A stretch of 64,000 bases of DNA from Eledone cirrhosa (Eukaryota), in NCBI GenBank assembly GCA_964016885.1, contig OZ024765.1, positions 11,966,001 to 12,030,000 of the forward strand, written 5' to 3'. Each line of letters begins with the position of its first letter. The stretch's first letter is position 1. The position numbers and the translations under genes were made by a program. Below, in pieces: positions 25,985 to 41,053 of the stretch. The notes beneath the pieces were generated by a model. It saw nothing but the letters and a program-made list of their open reading frames with translations. It searched no databases and was not told the DNA's origin.

Positions 25985-26945
25985 TCACAACCACAACCAC
26001 AACCACCACCACAACCAGCACCACAACCACCAGCACAACCACCACCACAACCACCATCACAACTACCATCACAACCACTCCATCAGGAGTTACAGGTTCA
26101 TACATAGAAACATAGAAACAATAGATTTCTTACTAGCTGTTCTTCTCTACACATCACAACCACCACCACAACCACCACCACAACCACCACCACCACAACT
26201 ACCACCACAACAAGCACCACAACCACCACCATAACCACCACCACAACCAGCACCACAACCACCACCATAACCACCACCACAACCAGCACCACAACCACCA
26301 TCGCAACCACCACCACCACAACCACCACCACCACAACCACCACCACAACCACCACAATCACAACCACCACCACAACCACCATCACAACTACCACCACAAC
26401 CACCACCACAACCACCATCACAACCACCACCACAACCACCACCACAACCACCATCACAACCACCACCACAACCACCACCACAACTACCATCACAACCACC
26501 ATCACAACCACCACCACAACCACCACCACAACCACCACCACCACAACCACAACCACCACCACAACCACAACCACCACAACAAGCACCACAACCACCACCA
26601 CAACAACCACCACAACCACCATCACAACCACCACCACAACCACCACCACAACCACCACCACCACAACCACCACAACAAGCACCACAACCACCACCACAAC
26701 TACCATCACAACCACCACCACAACCACCACAACCACCATATTCAATGACACTACAACCACCATCACAACCACCACCACCACCACCACAACAACCATCACA
26801 ACCACCATCACAACCACAACTACAACCCCACCTCCCACCATCACAACCACTACCCTCTTCACCACACCACATTCTATGACACCATCACCACCACAAGCAC
26901 CAATACCACCACCAATGCCACCACCACCACCACCACTATCACAAC
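25985..26945. repeat. (ACC/ACA)n low-complexity repeat
   Basis: Direct. Confidence 0.9.
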
Positions 26946-27144
26946 CATCTATAAATCCCCCCAAAAGATCACATGTACTTTACAACTTCCACCTCTAATA
27001 TTCCACCATTTTCTTCCTTTCGCTCCAGAAATTTTTTAAAACAATTCTTTTCTTAGTTTTAATATATTTTCTTCCCATTTCGGAGTTTCACTTTATCCCC
27101 TTTTTAAATAGAAATTTGTCATGTAGCCACGCAACCATACACAG

Positions 27145-27150
27145 CATATA

Positions 27151-27185
<35 letters not shown>

Positions 27186-27224
27186 TTGTGTGTATATATA
27201 TGTGTATGTGTGTGTGTATATATA

Positions 27225-27265
<41 letters not shown>

Positions 27266-28575
27266 GTGTATATATATGTGTATGTGTGTGTGTATATATG
27301 TGTGTGTGTATATATATATATGTGTGTGTGTGTATAAATATATGTGTATATATGTGTGTATATGTATACATATATAATATATATATATAGACATCTATAT
27401 CTATATATATATATACATGCATGCATATGCATATATATATACATACACACATATATATATATACATATGTATATGCATATATGTGAATATGTGTGTGTGC
27501 ATCTGTATATATATGCACACATACACACACATATATATATATATATGCATATATATACACACATATATATATATATATACACATATATACACAGACATAT
27601 ATATATACACATATATACACACACACATATATATATATATACACATATATGCATATATATATATATATATATATATACATACACACATATACATATATAC
27701 ACACACATATGTGTATATATCATGTGTATGTCTTACTCCATTTAATCAATAATATATACATAATTACGTGTCTGTCTACATTTTATACAGCTTATGCAAC
27801 ATTCTTATGTCAATATTAGTGCATTTATATGCATCTTTGCGTCACTGCATCTTTGCATCACTGGGTATATGTGCATCACAGTGTATGTGCATGCCTGTGA
27901 TAATATATGTGCATTTGTGTATGTGTATCACTGTATATATATATATATATATACATCAGAGTATGGCTGAGCATCTGTGTATGTGCATCTCTATGGTGCA
28001 TGTGCATATGTGTGTTTATGTACATGTGTATGTGCATTTCTGTGTGTGCATGTGTATCTCTATGTATGTGTATATGTGTATGTATGTGCGTATATGTGCA
28101 TATGTGTGTGTATGTGAATCTGTGTGGGTATGTGAATATGTGTGTGTATGTGCATCTGTATGTATATGCATATGTGTATGTATGTGCATCTGTGTGTGTA
28201 TGTGAATATGTGTGTGTGCATCTGTATGTATATGCATCTGTGTATGTATGTGCATCTCTGTGTGCATATGTATCTCTATGTATGTGCGTATATGTGTATA
28301 TATGCTTCTGTGTGTGTATGTGAATATGTGTATGTATGTGAATGTGTGTGTCTGTGCATATATGTGCATCTGTGTATGTCTGTGTATATGTGTGCATCTC
28401 TGTATGTGCATCTGTATGTATATGCATCAGTGTGTGTCTGAATATGTGTATGTATGTGCATCTGAATGTCTATGTGAATATGTGTATGTATGTGAATATG
28501 TGTGCATCTGTGTGTGTCTGTGTATGTGAATGTGTATGTATGTGCATCTGTGGTTAACTATGCATGTGTGTGCAT
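27145..28575. repeat. (TG)/(TA)/(TGCA) low-complexity repeats
   Basis: Direct. Confidence 0.9.
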
Positions 28576-28694
28576 CTATACAAATGTGCATCAGTCTCCG
28601 TGCTAGTGATTTACATTAAAAATAAATCGATATAAATCTCATAAACCCTATTTCATTCCTACTTGCATAAGGCAGAAATTAACACGAGTTAAGT

Positions 28695-28960
28695 GGAGGC
28701 ACCTGGCCTAGTGGTAAGGGTGTAGGACTTACAAACATAATGTTGTGAGTTCGATTCCTGGGCTGCGTATTGTGTTCTTGAGCAAAACACTTCATTTCAC
28801 GTTGCTCCAGTACACTCAGCTGAAAATGAGTACCAGCAATAGCCAGGGGTTTAACCCTGCGATGGACTGGCGTCCTGTCCAGGGGAGAGTCTTCTATCTC
28901 AGTCACTTCTCACCATGAAACTGGGATAAGCACCGGCCAAATGAGACAGGCTTTAGACTT
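28695..28960 (+). mobile_element. tRNA-CORE-V-like SINE family C
   Basis: TGGCCTAGTGG A-box, GTTCGATTCC B-box, TGTTCTTGAGCAAAACACTT CORE, CCCTGCGATGGACTGGCGTCCTGTCCAGGG V-domain-like motif. Confidence 0.8.
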
Positions 28961-28973
28961 TTTTATATATATT

Positions 28974-29004
<31 letters not shown>

Positions 29005-29226
29005 ATATGTATGTATGTATATATGTATATATGTATGTATGTGTATATATATATATGTGCGTGTGTGCGCACAAAAAACACCAGCTACCCTTACAAATTA
29101 CTGTATGTCGCAATTAATAACCTGTCATTCATAATAAAATAAAAATCAACACTTTCAACTAATGAACTTCTATTCATTAACAGCTCCATATTTAATTAAA
29201 AAACAACAACAACACCATCAATACAA

Positions 29227-29362
29227 ACTCTCAGTGGAGAGTCTTGTACTCTCAGTGGAGAGTCTTGTACTCTCAGTGGAGAGTCTTGTACTCTCAGTGG
29301 AGAGTCTTGTACTCTCAGTGGAGAGTCTTGTAGTCTCAGTGGAGAGTCTTGTACTCTCAGTC
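29227..29362. repeat. 21-bp minisatellite (~6 copies) derived from the family C SINE 3' region
   Basis: Unit TACTCTCAGTGGAGAGTCTTG; cf. GGAGAGTCTTCTATCTCAGTC at 28884. Confidence 0.85.
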
Positions 29363-29415
29363 GTTTCATGGGATAAGCACTGGCCAAATGAGCCTTCTGG
29401 CTTAAGATAGACTTG

Positions 29416-29710
29416 TGGTGGCATGTGGCCTAGTGGTAAGTGTGTAGGACTTACGATCATAATGTCACAGGTTCGATTCCTTTATCGGGTGTGAGTTGTG
29501 TTCTTGAGCAAAACACTTCAGTTCACATTGCTCCAGTGGTAAGGGTGTTGGACTTACGATCATAATGTTGTGGGTTTGATCCTCGGTTTAGGTTGTGTGA
29601 TCTGAAGGAAAACACTTCATTTCATGTTGCTCCAGTATACTGAGCTGAAAATGAGTAACGGCAATAGCTTATGATGGACTGGCGTCCTGTCCAGAGGGGA
29701 GTGTTGTTCT
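29416..29710 (+). mobile_element. SINE family C with duplicated head/CORE
   Basis: AGTGGTAAG...GGACTTACGATCATAATG occurs twice before the V-like motif. Confidence 0.75.
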
Positions 29711-29980
29711 CTCTAAAATGCTCCAAGTACACACGGCAATGTGGCTGCCATTAGAAAGGTCATCAAGCCACAGATATGAAGCCAGAACTGAAAATTCTGA
29801 GCAAGATACGGTCCACAGATTAGTCTAGCCAGAGAATATGACAACCTGTCAAACCCATGACAGCACAGCAAATAGATGTTAAATGGTGGTGTTGGTGGTG
29901 TGGGTGAGGAGGTGGGGGTGTGGGTGAGGAGGTGGTGTGGGTGAGGAGGTGGTGGTGGTGGAGGTGGATGGGGGGGGGGG

Positions 29981-30190
29981 AGAAGAAGAAGAAGAAGAAG
30001 AAGAAGAAGAAGAAGAAGAAGAAGAAGAAGAAGAAAGCAAAGAAGGCAAAGAAGAAGGCGAAGAAGAAGAAGAAGAAGAAGAAAAAGAAGAAGGCACAGA
30101 AGGCAAAGAAGAAGAAGAAGGCAAAGAAGAAGGAGAAGGCAAAGAAGAAGGAGAAGGCAACGAAGGAGAAGAGAGTGAAGAAGAAGAATA
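29981..30190. repeat. (GAA)n trinucleotide repeat
   Basis: Direct. Confidence 0.95.
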
Positions 30191-30825
30191 CAGAAGACAA
30201 AACAACAACAAACTAGAAAAGAAAGGAGAATAACAGAATAACAAAATGGTGGAGGTGAGGTGGGGCTGTAGTGGAGAGAAAGACATGATAGCTATGATGT
30301 AGGTTCCTGATTTCAATATAAACCATGTTGGAAATTCTCCAATATATATTTTGTCTGTTAACAAGATTTTAATAGATTGTGTTGCCTTTTTCATTGAATG
30401 GTTGACTGGGTTTGATAGAATAGACTAAAATAGAGACTGGACTGATGGAGAAGATGACACAGAGACACCTTGGTATTGAGTACTACTTTGGAGATGATGG
30501 CAGTTGATGTAGACAGACAATGACACAGAGACACCTTGGTATTGAGTACTACTTTGGAGAAGATGGCAGATGATGTAGACAGACACTAACACCGACACCT
30601 TGGTATTGAGTACTCTTTTTCATGCCCAACAATAACACACACACTCATATATATATACATATATATATATTTATATATATATAAATCTTATATCTATCCA
30701 TCTATCTACCTCTCTCTCTCTGTAGACAGAGAGAGACAATCCAAGGAGGGGAAAAGGGGTAAAAGGGTGAATAAAGGAGAGCAGATAGTGTAGAGAGAAT
30801 CTTTAGCCCTTTCATTATTATATTT

Positions 30826-31710
30826 CTGGTGGTGATTTGGCAGTATTGGTAGAGGGTCGGACACCATGCTTTCCAGCATAGAGTTACGGCCCTTTACGAT
30901 CTGATTTCAAATCCCGCTGAGGTTGACTTTGCCTTTCATCCTTACGGGGTCGATAAAATAAAGTACCAGTAATGCACTGGGGTAATTGCTGGCCTTGTGC
31001 CTAAAGTAGAAACAATTATTATATTTCTGGTGGTGATTTGGCAGTATCGGTAGAGGGTTGGACGCCGTGCTTTCCAGCATAGAGTTACGGCCCTTTACGA
31101 TCTGAGTTCAGATCCCGCTGAGGTTGCCTTTCATCCTTACGGGGTCGATAAAATAAAATACCAGTAATACACTGGAGTGCTTGCTGGCCTCGTGCCTAAA
31201 GTAGAAACAATTATTATATTTCTAATGCCGTGGTTTGGTAGCATCGGTAGAGCATCAGCCGCCAATCTTTGCAGCATAGAGTTATGGCCCCTTTAAGATC
31301 TGAGGTCAAAACCTGCCGAGGTTAACTTTGCCTTTCATCCTTACAGAGTCGATAAAATAAAGCACCAGTAATGTACTGGGGGTTGATTTAATCGGCATTC
31401 CCCTCCCCCCAAATTACTGGCCTTGCGCCTATACTAGATAAAATAAAGTACCAGTAATGTACTGGGTAATTGCTGGCCTTGTGCCTAAAGTAGAAATCAT
31501 TATTTTAAGGGCGGTGTATTGGCAGTATCGGTAGAGGGTCGGACGCCATGCTTTGCAACATAGAGTTACAGCCCTTTATAATCTGAATTCAAATCCAGCC
31601 AAGGTTAACTTTGCCTTTCAACCTTACGAGATCGATAAAATAAAGTACCAGTAATGCACTGGGGTAATTGCTGGCCTTGTGCCAAAAGTAGAAACAATTA
31701 TTATATTTCT
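30826..31710 (+). mobile_element. Tandem array of 4-5 SINE family A copies
   Basis: Heads at ~30830, 31030, 31228, 31508 plus an extra 3' fragment at 31438. Confidence 0.9.
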
Positions 31711-33439
31711 AATGAAAGAAGCTGTCTATGGTTTTCAAGTAATTTTGAAAATAACCATCAATTTGAAGATATTTAATAATATAGCTCATTTTCTTATTAT
31801 CAAGCTGGTGTTTGAACCATGAAGGCTTTAGATAAATATAAATACTTTAACCCTTTTGTTACTTATTTCTATGGTTTTCAAGTAATTTTGAAAATACTCA
31901 TCAATTTGAAGATATTAACAATATAACTTACTTTCTTATTAAGTTGCTGTTTGAAACATAACATAACAAAGGTTCTTACATTGGAAGGTTTTAGATAAAT
32001 ATAAACACTTTAACCCTTTTGTTACAATATTTCTAATAAATTACAATAGTGGTGTTTGAAACAGATTTTACATAAAATTATGATGGAAGACTTTTAAATG
32101 GAAGACTTTTAAATATAAACACTCTAACACTTTACTTAGTATATTTCTCATAAAATACAATGTTGGTGCTTGAAACATAACTTAACAAACGTTTTACATA
32201 AAATTATGATGGAAGGTTTTTAGATAAATACTAGACCACATGTGACCCGTTGAGTCACATTCGCTTCAAAATATTTTTTTAAAATCATGTTAAAAATAAT
32301 TTTTAAATAATTAAGATAAACACAGACATGTATATAATGTGAAATGAAACTGGAAGGCCCATATATATATGTGTGTGTATGTATATATATATATATAAAT
32401 GTGTGTGTGTGTGTATACATATATATATATATATATATGTATGCGTGTGTGTATATGTGGGTATCTGTGATTTATATACACTGGTCATAGACACACACAC
32501 ATATATATATATATATAAATATATATATACACACACATACATTCACACAAACACACACGCACATATTGTGTGACGAACAGACGGAACTTGCAGAAATTTA
32601 TATATAGATAAAATAAGGGGATTTCAAGTAGCTTAGGATCAAAAGAGTTAACTTATTGTTCTTAGTAAGCTTAACTAAATATTGCAAACCATTTTGTCTG
32701 ATGTTCTTCTGATACTGGCAATTCCCATAACAACAAGGATAATTTTGCTTTCCAATAACATTGGGAATGCTCAGACACTTGCACATTAATTTCATGCACT
32801 GATGCTGTTCCATTGATCAAAACAACTGGAACATTCATTGTTAGGTCCGACAGAGATCCAAAACACACACACACACATACATACACACACACGTTTACAC
32901 TCACACACACACACGTTTACACTCGCACACACACATATATACATATATACAAGCACACACACACATATACATAGACACACATACACACATACATACACAC
33001 ACGCTCACACATACATACACACTCTCACACATGCATATACACACATACATATACAGACACACACACATACATACACACACACGTTTACACTCACACACAC
33101 ACACGTTTACACTCGCACACACACATATATACATATATACAAGCACACACACATACACACATATACATAGACACACATACACACATACATACACACATAC
33201 ACACACATACATACACACACACTCACACATGCATATACACATACATATACACAGACACACACATATACATATACACAGACACTCACATACACACGCACAC
33301 ACACACATACATACACAAACACATATATACACACACACACTCAAACACATATACACACAGGCATGCATGTTTACTTAACACTAATGAGAAAAGTCATTGA
33401 ATTATTGGCTTGGAAAGAAATAACAGATATCCAGGGAAA

Positions 33440-34930
33440 TCAACATCCTTAGAACACATCAACACATCCATGGAACACATCAACACATCCTTGGAACACA
33501 TCAACACATCCTTAGAACACATCAACAGATCCTTAGAACACATCAACAGATCCTTGTAACACATCAACACATCCATGGAACACATCAACACATCCTTGGA
33601 ACACATCAACACATCCTTAGAACACATCAACACATCCTTAGAACACATCAACACATCCTTAGAACACATCAACACATCCATGGAACACATCAACACATCC
33701 TTGGAACACATCAACACATCCTTGGAACACATCAACACATCCTTAGAACACATCAACACATCCTTAGAACACATCAACACATCCTTGGAACACATCAACA
33801 CATCCTTAGAACACATCAACACATCCTTGAAACACATCAACACATCCTTGGAACACATCAACACATCCTTGGAACACATCAACACATCCTTGGAACACAT
33901 CAACAGATCCTTAGAACACATCAACACATCCTTGAAACACATCAACACATCGTTGGAACACATCAACACATCCTTGAAACACATCAACACATCGTTGGAA
34001 CACATCAACACATCCTTGAAACACATCAACACATCGTTGGAACACATTAACACATCCTTGGAACACAACACATCCTTGGAACACATCAACACATCCTTGG
34101 AACACATCAACACATCTGTGGAACACATCAACACATCCTTGTAACACATCAACACATCCTTGTAACACATCAACACATCCTTGGAACACATCAACACATC
34201 CTTGGAACACATCAACACATCCTTGGAACACATCAACAGATCCTTAGAACACATCAACACATCTGTGGAACACATCAACACATCCTTGGAACACATTAAC
34301 ATAACACATCCGTGGAACACATCAACACATCCTTGAAACACATCAACACATCCTTGGAACACAGCAACACATCCTTGGCACACATTAACACATACGTGGA
34401 ACACATTAACACATACGTGGAACACATCAACACATCCGTGGAACACATCAACGCATCGTTGGAACACATTAACACATCAACACTTCCATGGAACACATCA
34501 ACACATCCTTGGAACACATCAACACATCCATGGAACACATCAACACATCGTTGGAACACATTAACACTTCCATGGAACACATCAACACATCCTTGGAACA
34601 CATCAACACATCCTTGGAACACATCAACACATCCATGGAACACATCAACACATCGTTGGAACACATTAACACATCAACACTTCCATGGAACACATCAACA
34701 CATCCTTGGAACACATCAACACATCCATGGAACGCATCAACACATCCATGGAACACATCAACACATCTGTAGAACACAATACATCCGTGGAACACATCAA
34801 CACATCCTTAGAACACATCAACCATCCATGGAACACATCAACCATCCATGGAACACATCAACCATCCATGGAATACATCAACACATCCGTGGAATACATC
34901 AACACATAACATATCTGTGGAACACATTAA
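33440..34930. repeat. 21-bp minisatellite (~70 copies)
   Basis: Unit GAACACATCAACACATCCTTG. Confidence 0.95.
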
Positions 34931-34999
34931 TCCCAAAATCCAGTCAATATGTCACAAACAATTCTCGTCAATAACTGTCACTACGTTGTGAAGAAACAG

Positions 35000-35380
35000 T
35001 GGGTGGTGGTTGTGGTGGTGGTTGTGGTAGTTGTGGTGGTGGTGGTGGTGGTGGTTGTTGTGGTGGTGGTGGTGGTGGTTGTGGTGGTGGTGGTGGTGGT
35101 GGTTGTTGTGGTGGTTGTTGTGGTGGTGGTGGTGGTTGTTGTGGTGGTGGTGGTGGTGGTTGTTGTGGTGGTGGTGGTGGTTGTTGTGGTGGTGGTGGTG
35201 GTTGTTGTGGTGGTGGTGGTGGTTGTTGTGGTGGTGGTGGTGGTTGTGATGGTGGTGATTGTTGTGGTGGTGGTTGTGGTGGTGGTGGTGGTAGTAGTTG
35301 TGGTGTTGGTGGTGGTAGTTGTGGTGGTGGTGGTGGTTGTGATGATGATGGTAGAGGTGGTAGTGGCAGATGGTGGTGGG
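35000..35380. repeat. (GGT/TGT)n repeat
   Basis: Direct. Confidence 0.95.
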
Positions 35381-35583
35381 AGTAGAAGCTGCGCTGGCGA
35401 GGTGTAAGTAGTAGTGGTGGTAGTGATATTGATGGTAGTGGCAGCAGCAGCAGGCGGTGGTGGTGGTGGTGCTAGTAGTGTGTGGGGGGGGGGGGGGCAG
35501 TAGTAGTAGCAGTAGTAGTGGTGGTGTCTTTTCACACCTTACCTAATTTCCCTTGGTGTGATCATTCAATAATCCACCACTTA

Positions 35584-36868
35584 ACACACACACACACATT
35601 CACACACACACACACATTCACATGCACACACACATTCACATGCACACACACACACACATTCACACTTCTTCACACACACACACATATGCACTTTCATAAA
35701 CAAAGACAGACCCCTTCACACACACTCACTCTCTCAGAAACACACTCCTTCACACACACACACACACTCTCACACACACATACTCCTTCACATACACACA
35801 CACACACTCTCTCTCACACACACACTCCTTCACATACACACACACACTCTCTCACACACACATACACTCCTTCACATACACATACACTCACTCTCTCACA
35901 AACACACACTCCTTCACATACACACACACACACTCTCACACACACACACTCCTTCACATACACACACACACTCACCCTCTCACATACACACACACTCACA
36001 TACACACACTCCTCCACATATACAGACACACACTCGCTCCTTCACATACAAACACAAACACACACACATACATACACACTCTCTCTCTCACCTTCACATA
36101 CACTCTCTCACAAACACACACACACTCTCACAAACACACACACACCTTCACAAACACACACACTCTCACATACACACACACACCTTCACAAACACACACA
36201 CTCTCACATACACACACACACACACCTTCACAAACACACACACCTTCACAAACACACACACACACTCATACACACACCTTCACAAACACACACACTCTCA
36301 CACACTCCTTCACATACACACACACTCCTTCACGAACACACACACTCTCACACATACACACGCTCTCACACATACACACACTCCTTCACATACACACACA
36401 CTCCTTCACGAACACACACACTCTCACACATACACACACTCCTTCACGAACACACACACTCATATACACACACACCTTTACATACACACTCTCATACACA
36501 CACACCTTCACAAACACACACTCTCACATACACACACTCTCATACATACGCACACCTTCACACACACACACACCTTCACAAACACACACACTCCTTCACA
36601 CACACTCACAAACACACACACACCTTCACACTCTCACAAACACACATATCTTTACACACACTCTTTCTATCTCACCCCACTCCCCTAATTATCAACCCCC
36701 ATCACATATTCACACTCTCTCATCCCCTTCCTCCCCATCTAGCTCCTCTTTGTCAATCGCCCTTCTCTATCTATCTATCTCTTTTTCTCCCCACCCTCTC
36801 TCTCTCATTCCCCCTTCACTCTATCTTTCTCTCTATCTCTCTCTCTCTCTTTCTCATTTCCCCTGCCT

Positions 36869-36901
<33 letters not shown>

Positions 36902-37320
36902 CTCCTCTTTCCTCCTTCTCTGACACCTCTCCCTCTCTTCCTCTCTCTCTCTCTCTTTCCAGTAACCCAACCACCACCACCACCACCACCACTTTCACCC
37001 AAGCCCACCACCACCACCACCACTTTCACCCAAGCCCACCACCACCACCACCACTTTCACCCAAGTCCACCACCACCACTTTCACCCAAGCTCACCACCA
37101 CCACCACCACTTTCACCCAAGCCCACCACCACCACCACCACTTTCACCCAAGTCCACCACCACCACCACCACTTTCACCCAAGCTCACCACCACTTTCAC
37201 CCAAGCCCACCACCACCACCACCACTTTCACCCAAGTCCACCACCACCACCACCACTTTCACCCAAGCTCACCACCACCACCACTTTCACCCAAGCCCAC
37301 CACCACCACCACACAACAAA
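35584..37320. repeat. (CA)/(CT) compound microsatellite followed by a CACTTTCACCCAAG(CCA)n minisatellite
   Basis: Direct. Confidence 0.9.
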
Positions 37321-37790
37321 AATAACCCTCGCCTCCCCTGCCACCACCACCCCCACCCCACCTACTGTTCAATGAATTTATTTATTTTAGTAATTATTTT
37401 CTTTATTTGTTTTTGTTGGTTTCTTTTCTGTATTTTTTTTATTCATTTTTTATGGGGGGGGGGGGGGGCAGTAATTCCTTTTATTTCTATTTTTGATAAC
37501 AAAAAATATTAAATAAAATTTATTTATTTCCTTGGGTTTTTTCTTTGTGTGTATTTGTTTTCTAATAGAACTGAGAATGGGTGGGGGTTGTGGTGGAGGG
37601 AGGGGACTGTGGTGGGGAGGGGGGAGGGGGCTATCGTGTGGGGAGGGGGGCTATCCTGGGGGATGGGCTATCCTGGGGGGGGAGAGGGAGGGAAATTGAA
37701 GGGGTGGAGGTGTGAGTGGGGTTTAAAAGACGAAAATTCTGATATAGAGTTGTGGAAAGGGAGAAATAGTGAGAGTATATAGATGTAATA

Positions 37791-37794
<4 letters not shown>

Positions 37795-37843
<49 letters not shown>

Positions 37844-37896
37844 AGAGGAGAGAGAGAGTGTTGGAGAAAGTGAAAGAGAGAGAGTGGGAGGGAGTG

Positions 37897-37944
<48 letters not shown>

Positions 37945-37985
37945 ACAGTGAATGAGAGGTGTTTTATGGCAAAGATGGAGAGAGT

Positions 37986-38028
<43 letters not shown>

Positions 38029-38265
38029 AGGGAGTGAAAGAGAGAGAGTGGGAGGGAGTGAAAGAGAGAGAGTGGGAGGGAGTGAAAGAGAGAGATAGAG
38101 AGAGAGAGAGAGTGGGAGGGAGTGAAAGAGAGAGATAGAGAGAGAGAGAGTGAGAGGGAGTGAAAGAGAGAGAGTGGGAGGGAGTGAAAGAGAGAGAGAG
38201 TGGGAGGGAGTGAAAGAGAGAGAGAGTGGGAGGGAGTGAAAGAGAGAGATAGAGAGAGAGAGAGC
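37795..38265. repeat. (AG)n / GTGGGAGGGAGTGAAAGAGA repeat
   Basis: Direct. Confidence 0.9.
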
Positions 38266-38474
38266 CACAGACAGTAGCAAGAGGAGTTTTATGGTCAAGA
38301 AGGGGGTGAATGAAATTAAGAGAATAGCTTTTAATTTCATGGTGAAAACATGATTAGAAAATAAAGAATGCTGGGTAGTTAGAGTAAAAATGACATTTTA
38401 CTGGAATATTCCGTATCAAGGTCACAATTGGAGATGAGAGACAGTTACACTGTCTTTGAAATTTCATTGAATGG

Positions 38475-39270
38475 GTGTAGCTCAGAGATCAGGGAGTCAC
38501 ACCAGGTAGAATTGTTACTTCTAAGAATCAAAAGATCAAACCTCTGATACTAGAGACGTGGTTAGAATTGCAAGATGATCATGAATACATGTCGCTGAAA
38601 TGCGGTTCCTCTGAAAGGTTTATGGAGAATTTATTACTCAATAGGGTCACTCAGAGATCAGGGGGTCACTTCAGGTTGAGCTTGGCTTCTCAGAATCAAA
38701 AGATCAAATCTCTGATACTAGAGACGTGGTTAGAATTGCAAGATGATCATGAATACATGTCGCTGAAATGCGGTTCCTCTGAAAGGTTTATGGAGAATTT
38801 ATTACTCAATAGGGTCACTCAGAGATCAGGGAGTCACTTCAGGTTGAGCTTGGCTTCTCAGAATCAAAAGATCAAATCTCTGATACTAGAGACGTGGTTA
38901 GAATTGCAAGATGATCATGAAATCATGTGGCTGAAATGAGGTTCCTCGAGAATTTATTACTCAATAGGGTCACTCAGAGATCAGGGGGTCACTTCAGGTT
39001 GAGCTTGGCTTCTCAGAATCAAAAGATCAAATCTCTGATACTAGAGACGTGGTTAGAATTGCAAGATGATCATGAAATCATGTGGTTGAAATGAGGTTCC
39101 TCGAGAATTTATTACTCAATAGGGTCACTCAGAGATCAGGGAGTCACTTCAGGTTGAGCTTGGCTTCTCAGAATCAAAAGATCAAATCTCTGATACTAGA
39201 GACGTGGTTAGAATTGCAAGATGATCATGAAATCATGTGACTGAAATGAGGTTCCTCTGAAAGGTTTATG
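38475..39270. repeat. 155-168 bp tandem repeat (~5 copies; a diverged sixth copy at 39455-39612 beyond a SINE)
   Basis: GAATTGCAAGATGATCATG at 38565, 38733, 38901, 39056, 39211. Confidence 0.92.
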
Positions 39271-39274
39271 GATT

Positions 39275-39455
39275 TGTAGTATCATTAGAGGATCGGACGC
39301 CATGCTTTGTAGCACAGAGTTACGTCCCTTTCCAGTCTGAGTTCAAATCCCGCCTAGGTTAACTTTGCATTTCATCCTTACAGGGTCGATAAAATAAAGT
39401 ACCAGTAATACACTGGGGTAATTGCTGGCCTTGTGCCAAAAGTAGAAGCAATTGT
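39275..39455 (+). mobile_element. SINE family A
   Basis: Family A body and tail. Confidence 0.85.
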
Positions 39456-39668
39456 TACTCAATAGTGTAGCTCAGAGATCAGGGAGTCACGCCAGGTTGA
39501 ACCACTACTGCTCAGAATCAAGAGATCACAGCTCTAGTACTATAGACATGGTTAGAATGTCTAAAGAAAGAATTGCAGGATGATCATGTATACATGTGGC
39601 TGAAATGAGGTTATTATACACACACACACACATATATATACATATATATGTGTATGTATGTATCTGTT

Positions 39669-39714
<46 letters not shown>

Positions 39715-39750
39715 ACATTCAACCTTCATTCATTGTTCACCTATACTTAC

Positions 39751-39816
39751 CGATCATTTTGTCTTTTATGTCTGGCATCTCCCAAATTGATTTCGACACA
39801 AGAAATTTCAATAAAA
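39751..39816 (-). CDS. Candidate upstream exon of the same minus-strand gene
   Basis: Donor G|GTAAGT at 39750; acceptor CTGCAG (weak pyrimidine tract); splicing to 10225 keeps both candidate frames open. Confidence 0.3.
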
Positions 39817-40253
39817 CTGCAGCTAGAACCAATAACCAATGTCTATTTTAGCCTGACATTCTCTAAACAGATTTTGACCAAAACAAATCTCTGTCTAGTT
39901 AGTTATGGCAATCTCACTATCAAGCTACTTCTATTTTAGCTTCATGGTCAATATAATTGAACTATATTTAATAAATATCAATGGAAATTAACATAATTAT
40001 ACATGGCTGCTCATATTTTTGATTTGAGTTTAATTTTTAGTTTGGTTATCAAAACTGGCTTTGACACTAAATTGTAAGGAGAATTGTGAAACAATTATAT
40101 GTATGTGTATATATGTACATGTAAGTATGTATGTATGTATATTTGTATGTATTTATATATATATATAGAAAGATAGATACTTTAACATACATACATGTGT
40201 GTGTATGTGTATATATATATATATATGTGTGCATGTATATATATATATATATA

Positions 40254-40710
40254 TACGATATTAAATAAATGGAAACTATATTTATAAAACCATATCTATT
40301 TCATTATATATATTTCAGGGATATCATATTAAAAATATGGTATGCCTTCTTCAGACAAAATACAATATAAACAGTCTTATAAATAGATAGATTTGACATA
40401 CCTTACAACTTCAACTTCCATTTAAAAAGTTGATTAATGGAAGTTGAACTTTTTAAATGGAAGTTGAAGTTGTAAGGTATGTCAAATCTATCTATTTATA
40501 AGACTGTTTATATTGTATTTTGTCTGAAGAAGGCATACCATATTTTTAATATGATATCCCTGAAATATATATAATGAAATAGATATGGTTTTATAAATAT
40601 AGTTTCCATTTATTTAATATCGTAAATATACTCCAAATACTTGTTGAGTGCTTTTATATCAGTTATAAATATTTACTCGTTGTAACCCAACAATTTAAAT
40701 AAAACTTTGC
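40254..40710 (+). mobile_element. Penelope-like hairpin element: 178-bp inverted arms, 15-nt spacer, 86-nt tail, flanked by (TA)n
   Basis: Arms 40254-40431 and 40447-40624 are reverse complements; hammerhead in the arm; homologous inverted copy 45769-46117. Confidence 0.8.
40516..40581 (+). ncRNA. Type I hammerhead ribozyme motif
   Basis: TATTTTGT-CTGAAGA-AGGCATACCATAT/ATATGATATCCCT-GAAA-TATATA-TA-ATGAAATA. Confidence 0.65.
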
Positions 40711-40789
<79 letters not shown>

Positions 40790-40873
40790 GGTATGTACTT
40801 GTGTGTATGTATATACATATACATGCCTTTATATGTATGCCACAAATGTATGTATGCATGCACGTATATATGC

Positions 40874-40941
<68 letters not shown>

Positions 40942-40957
40942 ATATACATACACATGC

Positions 40958-41053
<96 letters not shown>

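Noticed and set aside
28695-28770. tRNA gene
   Set aside because: A/B boxes run straight into CORE and V-like SINE body; no complete cloverleaf
29820-30233. Poly-K/E/F/S ORFs
   Set aside because: (GAA)n microsatellite
33394-34974. Overlapping heptad-repeat ORFs
   Set aside because: 21-bp minisatellite
35482-37512. 676-aa His/Thr-rich ORF
   Set aside because: (CA)n, (CT)n and (CCA)n low-complexity sequence
38475-39270. CRISPR-like or coding repeat
   Set aside because: Whole units are repeated with no unique spacers; eukaryotic context; no cas genes
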